From positions 1 through 38,106 of the forward strand of contig CAJVPI010000264.1 of assembly GCA_910592345.1 (NCBI GenBank): a stretch of DNA of 38,106 bases. The letters are read 5' to 3'. The stretch is from Paraglomus brasilianum. Taxonomy: Eukaryota. The first letter of the stretch is position 1. The number at the start of each line of letters is the position of its first letter. The notes under the pieces are model-generated. The model did no database searches. It had not been told where the DNA came from and saw nothing but the letters and a program-made list of their open reading frames with translations. The position numbers and the translations under genes are program-made. Below, piece after piece: positions 1 to 10,726 of this stretch.

Positions 1-153
1 TTGGTGTTTAGAAATTTTGCTGGAGACATCCGATCAAGCTGAAATTTTACAAGTGATCAGGGTTTATTATACACTATGTACAGCGAAATTTTCAAAGCGT
101 TTACTCATTCGTGTCCCGAATTAGAAGCGGTGGAATACTTTTGTATCCTGCTG
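1..153. mobile_element. Right end of a Tc1/mariner-type DNA transposon or MITE, truncated by the window edge
   Basis: The reverse complement of ~127-155 reads TA-CAGCAGGATACAAAAGTATTCCACCGC, i.e. TA plus a CAG...AAAAGTATTC terminus typical of Tc1/mariner TIRs. The partner TIR is not in the window. Confidence 0.45.
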
Positions 154-254
154 TAAAAAAATCTTTTCGAAATCGAAATGACAAAGACGAACTTTGCTGA
201 TTCTCATACTTTGGTTAATTATCTTGTCCCTAAAATTAGTTAAATAAAATCAAA

Positions 255-294
255 AATAAATAAATAAATAAATCAAAACAAAACAAAACAAAAA
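255..294. repeat. (AAAT)n/(AAAAC)n microsatellite
   Basis: Direct reading: aataaataaataaataaatcaaaacaaaacaaaacaaaaa. Confidence 0.7.
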
Positions 295-888
295 ATCGAA
301 AAATAACAATCATACCTAGTGTACCTTGAAGCAGCATTCCAGTACGCACAACAGTTCGCACGAATTTGCGTTCACCTCATACGCATGATTTTTGAAGTCT
401 CTTGTCCTCATGTTCATTAACGTCTTTTCCTACGTGTAAAGCTTAAATCTTGCTTGATTGTAAGAATATCTTGGAAAAGTTCGTGCTCGAAAACCATGAG
501 TTTTGTAGCAGTGGATGAGGTCGCGGGCACAATGGGTAACCACAATTTCTGAGACCATGCCGCGACTTTTCCGTTCCAATAAGGTCTTAAGTTTGTAGGT
601 TGGGGAGCTGACGAGCTGTTCGTAGGTTGGAGAGCTGAGACCTCCTTTTGCTTGAAACCTTTTTTGGTGGTGGTGGTGTTAGCATTGAGGAGAGAGTTTA
701 TGCGTTTACGATTTTGATTTTAAAATATTGCAATATTGCAATGGTTAAAGAATTTGGGGGTAATGTCTTTAAATATGTTTATGGTTGTCGGTATTTGAAT
801 GGCGGAACCGAAAACGCGCATGAAACATGCACTCTCATATGAAACCTGTACTTGCATTGAATGAAGCTATTGTCTACGAAAACGGTTC

Positions 889-914
889 CGATGCGCGAAA
901 AAGTTTTTGGAATA
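889..914 (+). mobile_element. Solo degenerate TIR of the same Tc1/mariner MITE family as 4081-4489
   Basis: cgatgcgcgaaaaagtttttggaata aligns with the MITE left TIR cagtgcgcgaaataagttttcggaata. No partner end found. Confidence 0.4.
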
Positions 915-1551
915 AAATGCATAGGTTTCAAAATACGCGTCTAATCAAAACAGTCAGCTAATACGTATTAAGTTTTGTTAGTGTCAATGGTAGCCGGCAA
1001 AAATTTTCACATTCCTCGATAAAAGTCCAAGAACACGCTGCACAAAGACAATTCCCCCAAAAAACGCAAATGCCATGGGGATAGCGTGAACGTAGACCAG
1101 CGCTAATGCATTCACCCATAAACGCAAAGGTATCTGGTAGGTACAACAATGGCGAACTTATTTCGCTTTACATACGTAGAGCTTACTCAAACAATCAGAG
1201 AGAACTTTCCTCAAGACAAGCAAGCAGCCAGTTCCTTGTGGATGTCCGCAGCGATGGCAGAAAGAGTTCCTTTGTACAGACCGTGTGGGAAAATTTAAAC
1301 GTTGGTCACATGAATATTGCCACAGATTGTGCTTTTATAATCAATAAAGTAACAACAATGTTTGACGACCCATGGTAAAGGTGCTATACGGTGATCACAT
1401 GGTCAGCAGGGTGCAATATTAATAACTAATTTTTTTTGTATAACTAAAACTAAAACACACGTATTTCCCATTTTATTTCTGTGTCTATTTTACGCATAAT
1501 AAGACTAATTTCGAAAAAAAAAAAAAACACAAAAAAAAAGGATTGAAAAAA

Positions 1552-2704
1552 CTATTCCCTATTGACACCAGCATACATAGCCAACATATCCGTCATTGAT
1601 ATCTCCCCAACGGGCCTTTCGCTCGCTTCTTCGATCACCCACACTCTATGCACAGAATTCTTCACCGCTAACTCCATCACTTCCGCTAATGGGGTCTCTT
1701 CATAGCAAACGACGGGTCTGCGCTCGGTTTTACGCACCTTTTTAAGATAATCCAGTACGGGAAGAAGGGCATCAACCACAGTATCTTCATTTAAATGTCG
1801 AATATCTGATGCAGATAGATTGTCCAATAATTTGATATTGTCTTCCTGTTTCTCAACAACAGCCATGGAGCTGACACCGTGTATAGCCTGTAGCGCAAAA
1901 GACGCGGGCAGAGCGTAAATCATGTGCGCGCGTAATACTTCAACGTACTTGCATCGTTTTACCTACCATGCACTTGAAGCCTGTGATAGCACTCACAAGA
2001 TGAGAAATACTGAGCACAAACGATGTTCGGGCATGTGAAACTGGTCTATACAGTGGCTGGTTGGGATCATCCTTTTTCGTGAATGTCTTCCATGACTTCT
2101 GCATTACGTTCTTGGCAGGTACATCCTGTATGTTTTCATTCAATTCGGGATGATTAAGAAGGTAAGTGATAACATCATGTTGTGTAAGGATAGAAGCCCG
2201 CTGCACATCGCTCCCAGCCTTCTCTCCGGGGTGAGACGCGTCTGCTAGAATCGCATACGTGTTGGGTTTCAATATAAGCTCTTGTATTGCTCCCAGCAAT
2301 GGATCATTGGTAAGATGCACAGTGAATGCATATGCTCCCCATGAATCGATAATATCACTAACGGTATCTTTGAATGTATTGATAACATTGCTTCTCGCTT
2401 TTTTATCATATTCTGGATTATCTTGACTGCTCAAATCGGCATAAACTTGCTTTAGCATCAGATATTTCATCACATGAAATAGATTAACTATGGCGACAAA
2501 CTTGTTAAGTTCTTCGTGAAACACAGGAAGTGACACGATATCATGTTCATCGCATAAGCGAAGTACGTCCGAGATCTTGCTACTTAAACGACAAACCACT
2601 AGCGGCTTTCGCGCCTCCTGTCGCTGCTGCTGCTGTAACCATATGCCTACGGTTATCTTGCGCAGTTTATCGTTTATTGAACGTGCTGGAAGGAATCCGG
2701 CCAT
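1552..2704 (-). CDS. CBS-domain protein (Sds23/SNF4-like), 2 exons (2704-1967, 1887-1552), 357 aa
   Basis: Two ORFs are joined in frame by a 79-nt GTAGGT...CTACAG intron (FKCM|AIHGVSSMAVV). CBS motifs: DIVSLPVF...FVAIVNLFHVM, SILTQHDVI, GVSSMAVV...NLSASDIR, SVHRVWVI...PVGEISMTDML. Confidence 0.88.
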
Positions 2705-2755
2705 TATCGACTATACCAAATGATTTCTGGCGCTTCTTATATCTAATTTGCACCC

Positions 2756-2832
2756 GATGACGTTACTCTACGTCATCAGATAATTATCCGGTAAACATAT
2801 GTCATCCTAACTTGACATACATTACGTCATCA
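2756..2832. promoter_or_regulatory. Cluster of CRE/ATF-like TGACGT/ACGTCA sites upstream of the CBS gene
   Basis: Inverted pair GATGACGT-tactct-ACGTCATC (2756-2777) and TTACGTCAT (2822-2830), 50-130 nt upstream of the ATG. Function is inferred. Confidence 0.35.
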
Positions 2833-4010
2833 CGAGAAAATTTTCCCAGAATGCAAAAGCGTATATTACGTTTGTAGACATCATACGAGCAGTAACTTCA
2901 ACAGGAAAGTATCTAACTAAATTGATTCTGCTCTTTTAGCGTATATAATAATGGCGATTACGTTAAACAGTGATGAAACTATTACTATGGGTGTTGTCTT
3001 AAATAAAGGCTTACGAGAAAGGTCCCTTCTTTGATGCCATGGATATGGATAGGCTTCATTTAAAACTCTTTATCACGCGCTGCATAATCTACAGGTGAAT
3101 CATTTCGCCAAACATCAAGTTTTCGATCGAACTATTATAAATCAGTATTCACCTGTCTCATTCGCTTTTGTATGCATTTTCTCTTACGTGCTTTTCCACA
3201 ATGCCCAATGTAATCCTTTCCCTCATTCCTACAAGGTTAAAAATTATAGAAAAGGGTTTTCCTATGGTGATACTTCAAAAAAAGCGCAAATCAAGAAACG
3301 ACGGCAGATAAGTAAGTCACATGGTAAAATCTTCCTCCGCAGCCCATGATCGACATTTAATTTAGTATACCGCGTTTTTCGCATATCAGCATCAGTACTT
3401 GCGCCCACTAGTTAACTTAGAATTTATTGGTTCTTTAGAAGGTTTTACGATGATATCTTCTGTTTCGCATTTTGGGCATCGCTAATTATATAAGCGGCCC
3501 TTATTATTATCCCATCGTCAAATTCTCATGTTAACGGTTCCATTTGAAATCGAAATTTTTACTTTCTTTCATCGTTAAAATATTAACGTTAATTATTTAA
3601 CCGGATACTGATAAGCGGCTCCTTCAAGCTATAAAAACGGCCCATTTAAGCTGTATAATTTATCTTAATTGAGGAACGAGAGTTATTAATTATTTATTGA
3701 GACAAGTGATAGAACCCGACTAGTTAAAATACCAAATCGAAGATAGCCCTGTTTAATTATTAAATAGAAGTTTATTCCCCTTCGATTCCGCAGTAGAATA
3801 ATCGTTGTCGTAACAAGATACGACGGCTTTTAAATGTAAAGTTTTTCAAGCCTAAACGATGATGTATTCCTCCGTGATGTGTGTCAGTTATACTAGCGGA
3901 CAGAAAATTGTCTCTTATGATTACTCGATAATTTTCGTGAAAGTTGGATGACTTGACTTCAACGGCGTTCACGTATGTGGGCTCTCGACGTTTAACATTT
4001 ATATCATTCA

Positions 4011-4080
4011 ATGATGACCATTACTCTTATTCTGGTTTTGACATCGGCCTTTGTTACTGACATTATTGGAGTGTATTCTA
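4011..4080 (+). pseudogene. Short fragment resembling a K+/H+ antiporter (KHA1/CPA2) transmembrane segment
   Basis: Translates MMTITLILVLTSAFVTDIIGVYS, resembling the KHA1 motif LxxAFxTDIIGVHxIFG as recalled. It is cut by the MITE at 4081 and has no clear continuation. Confidence 0.35.
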
Positions 4081-4489
4081 CAGTGCGCGAAATAAGTTTT
4101 CGGAATAAGCGTTTTTATTGACCGTGCAACGAGAAATGGATACGCTCTTCATAATACAACACATCGTTTTACTAATTCGTCCACTATTTACTCAATCTTG
4201 ACGGTATGCTGTGAATCCAATTGACACAAGTGCTCTTTCCACCATATTGTAGAAGTTTAATTATGTAAATTGTAGGCATTTTTGCCCACAAAGTGGTTAT
4301 GATCTTGCGACGTTGGTCAATCGTAAGCATGTCATTGAAAAGCGTAAACAAATAAAACAAATTGAACGAGTTACAAAATTATGGAACCGAGTTTTTTGTC
4401 GACTGTGTCGGATGACTTTTTTTACTAGACGCGTATTTCGGAAGGAAATAGTGTTTCTGCATTCTATTCCGAAACTTTTACACGCACTG
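4081..4489. mobile_element. Tc1/mariner-derived MITE, 409 bp
   Basis: Left TIR CAGTGCGCGAAATAAGTTTTCGGAATA is preceded by TA. Right TIR reverse complement is CAGTGCGTGTAAAAGTTTCGGAATA, ending at 4489, followed by TT (degenerate TSD). No transposase inside. Confidence 0.75.
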
Positions 4490-5126
4490 TTGTTACTCCC
4501 TTCTTTTAATGACGGACTTTATGAAACTCGATTACATTTGTATAGTTCTGATTGTCAAAGCAGATCGACTTGAATGGATCGTGTAACAGTTTCCTTATAC
4601 GGTCCCTTTTGTTGTGCTGCTCGTTGTGTTCGTTGGCGCAAAACATAGACGTCTTCTATGGCATTCCTGCTGAGGCATATTATAGTGCTTATAGGAAGAA
4701 GGCTCTGTTATCTTCCAAATGTCTTCCGACCATCAACGCAAGCTTTGAACAAGCAATCTCCTTTACAAGTTTACACTCGTATTCTAAAACAAATTTTGTG
4801 GAAGGAAGCAACAACCCGGGCCTCCTTTGAGGCAGAAACGGCATTCACGGCGAAAATACAGAACAGCAGGTCGTCGTTCGACCGCACGCCCATCAAACAT
4901 GATCAACTATTTTGTACATAATATCTACTTGCGAACAGCATTTCTCTAATAAAATCTTACAAGAATAAGAAGCGAAAGCACGCATCATATTGTTGACGGA
5001 GAGATCTTGCTCGCTTGTCATGTCTTAAGAGTATGGTATCTCTTTCAAGAATGGACTTCGTATTGGCTGGAATAGATACAACAACTACGAGTATATTATA
5101 GCGAGAAATATAATGGTCATCGAAAA

Positions 5127-5644
5127 GAAACTACAATGACTTATAGAATAACAACTGGACTTGGCATCCAGCAGTCCTACATCATCCGTACAGCTTTCCC
5201 TCTGGATACGGTCCCTTGGAGAGGATAACTATGGACACGAAAGAAATTGGCACATGTCTTTCGTCAATTCAACAATTCGTCTCCGTTAAGGCGAAACTTC
5301 CTCCTTGTTTAATCTTTGATGTTTGAAGATATCGAAATCTGATGAGAAAATTGATGTACATATTCTTTTGGTTTGACCATATGATAATATTCAGTAGGGA
5401 AGTATCATGATGGTCATTGAGTTTCATCGAAAGAAACTACAACGACTGTGAACGAATTGATATAACAGAATCCGATAAAAACATTAATAGATTCAAAACC
5501 GGTTATTACGTTTGAAACTACAACGACTGAAACTACAATGACTTATAGAATAACAACTGGACTTGTCATCCAGCAGTCCTACATCATCCGTACAGCTTTT
5601 CCTCTAAATACGGTCCCATTAAGGCGAAAGGCTTCCTCCTTGTT
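5127..5644 (+). repeat. Local direct duplication, 89-bp copies at 5127-5215 and 5529-5617
   Basis: The copies differ at 4 of 89 positions by manual alignment. Both are followed by ttaaggcgaaa..cttcctccttgtt, with ~70 extra nt in the first copy. Confidence 0.85.
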
Positions 5645-6231
5645 GAATCGAAATGATACAGTAATTTCTACAACCAATATACTGTATAAGGTTTAGACAG
5701 ACCGTAATACATAGACTTGTCTTTTGGTTAGATAGTAAATGATACATTGTACGCAAGCGAGAACCTGTCGACTGTGACTTAATAATCTGATAAATATTTA
5801 TACCTTAGCTTGTGTTATGCAATGATCGAATCACGGGACCGCCGAATTTTTTTAGGCAACCACCGAATTTAATCGCTTTTGCCATGTAATACTTATTAGT
5901 CAATACATTGTCTTGGATTATATTGTTCGTCATTTAGCATTGTGGCTATTGATCGGGCTGCATATGTATCTATAAACTCTTATTGTCAACCAAGTCAAAC
6001 AACGCCCAAAATCAACGAGGAATTGTTTGCTTATTGCCCATAAATGGCTTTGGGGAACGCATCAACGAGGGGCAATGACGTTTCGCAATTAATGTGATGC
6101 AGACCATAACAAGACCAGACAAAGCGATAAAAAGATTTCAGGGATCGGAAGTAAAGCGCCACTTAATCGTCTACCCCTGTAATTCTTCTTTAATCGAAAA
6201 CACCAAGGTCAATAATAATAATTATTATTAT

Positions 6232-6500
6232 CAGGAAAAAAAACCAACAACTTTGGTTGAAAAATGTCTGCATTAACTCAGTCTGCACGAGAGCAACTGG
6301 ATCAGATACTTGTTTGGTTTTGTGGGTAGAAGTAGTAGCGACAAGAATTAATTTCGACAAACACCTATAATTTTCGGGCATCAAAATCACTAAAGTTTGT
6401 TTCTCAACAAATCTTTTGTTCATTCCCAATTAGTAAATTTATTTAAGAATTAAATTTTTGTTGAATAACATTACGTTCTTTTCTATATTTTTTCTATGGG
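6232..6500. mobile_element. Possible degenerate CMC/EnSpm-like MITE
   Basis: Ends caggaaaaaaaa... and ...tttttctatggg, with internal short repeats in both orientations (ttggttgaa, tcgacaaa, tcaacaaa, ttttgttca, ttttgttgaa). TIR match is weak. Confidence 0.25.
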
Positions 6501-9008
6501 TGCTTACTGAAGTAACAGCCGGTTATCAGTCAAATGATAGACAAATAATAATAATATATTAATATAGACAGAATAACAATTTAATTGGTGGCGTCGAACA
6601 TTGAATCAAATTTACGACATGTCCATTAATTCTTCTGGATCAAGGTTTTGATTTCGTGCAAAGCCTATTATCTCAGCATTATGTCAGACGTCTTGTTTAT
6701 GTATTCAAAATATGATACGCAAAATTTACACGTTAATCTGCATATATATTATGTGTACTAGTATTGATTACCGATCAAATTTAAATAGACTCGATAAGGA
6801 TAAACTTGAAGTAACACGTGTTTGATAGTGTGTTGAAGACTTTGAAGAACTCGCGACAATATTTCCCACCTCTAACTGACGGCAAAGTTGTAATAATGCT
6901 TAAACCGGTATGCTATTTTTGATACCATGAGTTGGAATGTCTTCTTTTCCGTATTAAAACTATGATATCAAAGAGAAGCTTATCTTATATATAAAGTTAC
7001 CAACTGGTGTCGAAATAATCCTAGACTCGTTGGAATATTCAGGAGTAGCCAGGTATGACTTGCGAATTATCATAAAACTCTCCCTTCACGGCCACTCTAA
7101 TATGTTCAACTGCAGACATGTTATAATTTACCTTTGCCCGCTCCGACTGTTCGAGGACTGGACGCTGCCATTGTTCTTGCAACAAGGTTTTTCATTTACC
7201 TGTTTTGCATTTTACGCGTTTGCACTATTTTTAACTTGACTTTTTTTTTGCAGATGGAACACATTGTCACGTAACGACCAAATGAGGCATTTCCCTCGGT
7301 TTCTCCAAATTTTGTTGCGGAAATACGCTCAGCCAGCAATAGTAAGGCTTATTTATTATGTGTTCGTACATGGAGGCAGGAGTTGAAGTAAGCGACTAAT
7401 GATCGTTATCTGTCGATTATGTTTCTTTTGTTATTACTATTAATCATTTTATCTAGGAAGGTATATTGATTGTCGAACCGTAACAATTTATCAGTCTGTG
7501 GAAATTATATCGTCTGGAATGTGCAAAATCCTCGTCGTATAATCGTGTTAGACTCGCAAAATATTATTTGAAGAAGAAAGCTTGATTTTGATATTTACTC
7601 AAAAGACCATCTATTTAGTTTAGCAAAATAATGGTTTCACATGTAAAAGTAAAAATAACATTCTTATCACGCAAGACCCCAGAATTGGCCCGTGATATTG
7701 CTCATTGCGAGCTTTTGTAACACAATTAAAAAATAAACATGCTATATATAATGAATTTCATTCGTTCCGATAGTTCCTACATTTAGTAATTTGGCAACGA
7801 TTCATATCCATCGTTTTTGTTATAAAGTTAAAAAGTTCAAGTACAAAACCCAAGTTTGATTATCATTTCAAATTCAGCAAAAAAGGTTACAACATAACAA
7901 TACAACTACATTGCATCCGATTGTGAAAGCCAATGTTTGTTGTTTATTAAAACCAAAGTGTTATGGTAATGGGCTTATCACATAGAAAAGACGGGTTTGA
8001 ATCAAATTAAAAGATTTACTCACACATGAGCTATAATTTCGGCCCGAGTTTAATATTCGGGACATCGACAAAAAGCTGTTACTATTACTTGTCCGAATTC
8101 ACTCAACACCCACGAAATGTCATTTCATGTCTATAAAAGGAATTGTGCACCAGCAATAAGCATATCGTAAATTTTAAACATTAGAAATCATTCAGCACCA
8201 TATTTCGCGTTCAAGTATAAAAAGGAAAGCGAAATGCAGTCCCACTATAGTTCAATTCAGGTAGAGATGTTTATCGAATAACTACATTCTAGCGTATCAT
8301 AATCAGTCCAATGAGACACCTTGCCATCTACGAAATAATGTTCCGGGAAGGGAAGGAAAGGAAGCCAATTGCTCATAAAGATCGCATTCTACGTTATAGA
8401 AAAAACCTGAAAATAGTTACCAGATTGGCAGAACGCAAACACCCGTTGATCGTAACTATCAAGTATGCAATAATGCTGTCTATCGACTAGTATTGTGATC
8501 TGCATGCTGAGCAGTCGCCCATTGTGAGACTAATCCCACGTCTTTGAATGATCCACGACCACCACCTCGGTTAAGTTTAGATTATGTCCATTGTCTCTGC
8601 AATGCGTGTTATTATTATAAACCCCCTCAAACATTAAGATTTTGGGGTAAGGTTTCATTATGTGGCGTTGGCTTTGTTGCACATTATTGTCCGATATTAA
8701 ACCGATTACTTACGAAATCATTGTCATTACTAAAGATACGAAACAAGTAGGTTAATAAGCATTATCACAAACTATAATTATTGTTGTCGATCCCCCCTAA
8801 TTTGACCAAATGCTAGCCAATTACAGTAGACTAAATATTACTTAAGAATAGAATTTCGGCCCCGTCTCCTCTCTCTTCACTCATACCGTTAATATTTTAC
8901 CGCAACTATTACTACTCTAATTTGTAAGAGTTCGCTGTCGATACTACTAACTTAATAATACACTACACTACTTACCTTAATCAAAACAATAAAAAAAAAC
9001 TTAATATC

Positions 9009-10726
9009 ATGTCGTCCGCACAGCATATGCAAATGAGCGACGTAAGTGATCCTCTCCGGGCACATATTCCTTCCAACGAGACGCCCGAGGAGAGAAAGAG
9101 GCGTATCTCCGCCGAGAAGAAAGCCAGGAAGATTAGCGAGGCCATCGACAAACAGCTCAAACTGGAAAAAGACGAACTGGAAAAATCGCGGGGGACAAAG
9201 TTGCTTCTTTTAGGTTGCCTATCGATTTTTTTTTTTTTGCTTGCTTGATTTTACAATATGTTAGAACAATATCGGCATGCAAATGTTAATATACGATCTT
9301 TGATGATATGAATGACTAACGTTAATCAAACAAACCATATGCAGGTTCATCCGAAAGCGGTAAAACCACTGTCCTAAAGCAACTGAAAATAATCCATGGG
9401 AAAGGACTCGAAAACGAACGAGAACAGTATCGATACATAGTCCACCTTAACGTACTCACTGCTATTAAAGCCCTTGCCAAGGGCTTTGAAGTGAACAATT
9501 TAACACTCGAAAATCCCGAAAATGAAGAACATTTATTAACCATTCTGGGTTTAAACTCAGTCAAAGAAAGTTTAAATCGCCAGTCCTTATCTTTACAGGC
9601 GGCCGTGGGTGACTTGAAATCTGCGGATGACGTAACAGCCATCTTATTGACAAACCACAAGTCGGTCAAGGCCGTGTGGAGTGATTCGGCGATACAAAAA
9701 TATTTCGAGAGTGGTAACGATATTGGATTACAAGATTCTGCCAAGTAGTAAGTATCGAGTTTGGGGGAGAAAATGAAGAGTAACTGTTTTGTTACCCAAG
9801 TCATATCTTTTCTCTAGAATGGAGTATTTATTACTTTGTTAACTTTCAATTTGCAGTTTCTTGGATCATGTCGATCGATTGGCCTCAAGTGATTATCTAC
9901 CAACTGACGAAGACATCCTACAGGCTAGGATACGGACTCTTGGTGTCACTGAACACAAGTTTGATATCAATTCGACGACTTACAAGATTTACGATGTCGG
10001 CGGTCATCGTTCACAAAGACAGTACTGGGCGTAAGTGTCTCGTGTCTTTTTGCTGCATTCGAATGCTTGTACTTTTATCTTTCCTTTTGTTAACTCGTGT
10101 TCCTCATGTATATAGTCCTTACTTTGACGATGTTAATGCTATAATCTTCATGGCTGCTGTCTCTGCATTTGATCAAGCGCTTGAAGAAGACCGTAGGATC
10201 AATCGTATGCGGGACTCGCTCGAGTTGTTTAATACCATTTGTAATCACCCGCTGTTTAAGAACACTAGTATAATTCTGTTTTTGAACAAAATTGACATCC
10301 TAAAGAAGAAGCTGAATAAATTGCAACTGAAAGAGTACTTCAAGGAATACCAAGGTAATGCACGATGGATGTGATATGCATATTATGCCGTAATCAGATG
10401 AACAGCACTCATTCTAATATCATATATTGCGTACTCTTGACAGGTGCCAACGATTTTCAATCGGTAACAAAATTTTTCCGACGCGAATTCTTGACAAGAA
10501 ATAAAGTCGCTGACAAGAACGTATATGTTCACTTTACGCACGCTACTGTAAGTCACTTTTGTTTAGATATTTGTCTTATCCCATTGATTATGTTGCCTCA
10601 TCCCATTGATTATGTTGTCTAATATATTTTTACTCTGTTTAGGATACAACTCAAATGCGAGTTATTGTAGCGTCAGTGAATGATATGATTCAACGTTTGA
10701 ACCTCAAGGCATCAGGTTTAATTTAA
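9009..10726 (+). CDS. Heterotrimeric G-protein alpha subunit, atypical; 6 exons (9009-9213, 9345-9747, 9857-10030, 10116-10354, 10444-10547, 10643-10726), 402 aa
   Basis: All introns are GT-AG and the exons sum to 1209 nt in frame. Motifs: KLLLLGSSESGKTTVLKQLKIIH (G1), DILQARIRTLGV (switch I), IYDVGGHRSQR (G3), ILFLNKID (G4), HFTHATDT (G5), C-terminus NLKASGLI. Confidence 0.96.

Noticed and set aside
316..686. Minus-strand frame starting MLTPPPPKKVSSKRRSQL, with a short cagctc(t/c)ccaaccta repeat
   Set aside because: Several in-frame stops and no recognisable domain.
10578..10620. 22-bp tandem duplication in G-alpha intron 5
   Set aside because: Simple slippage duplication with no sign of function.
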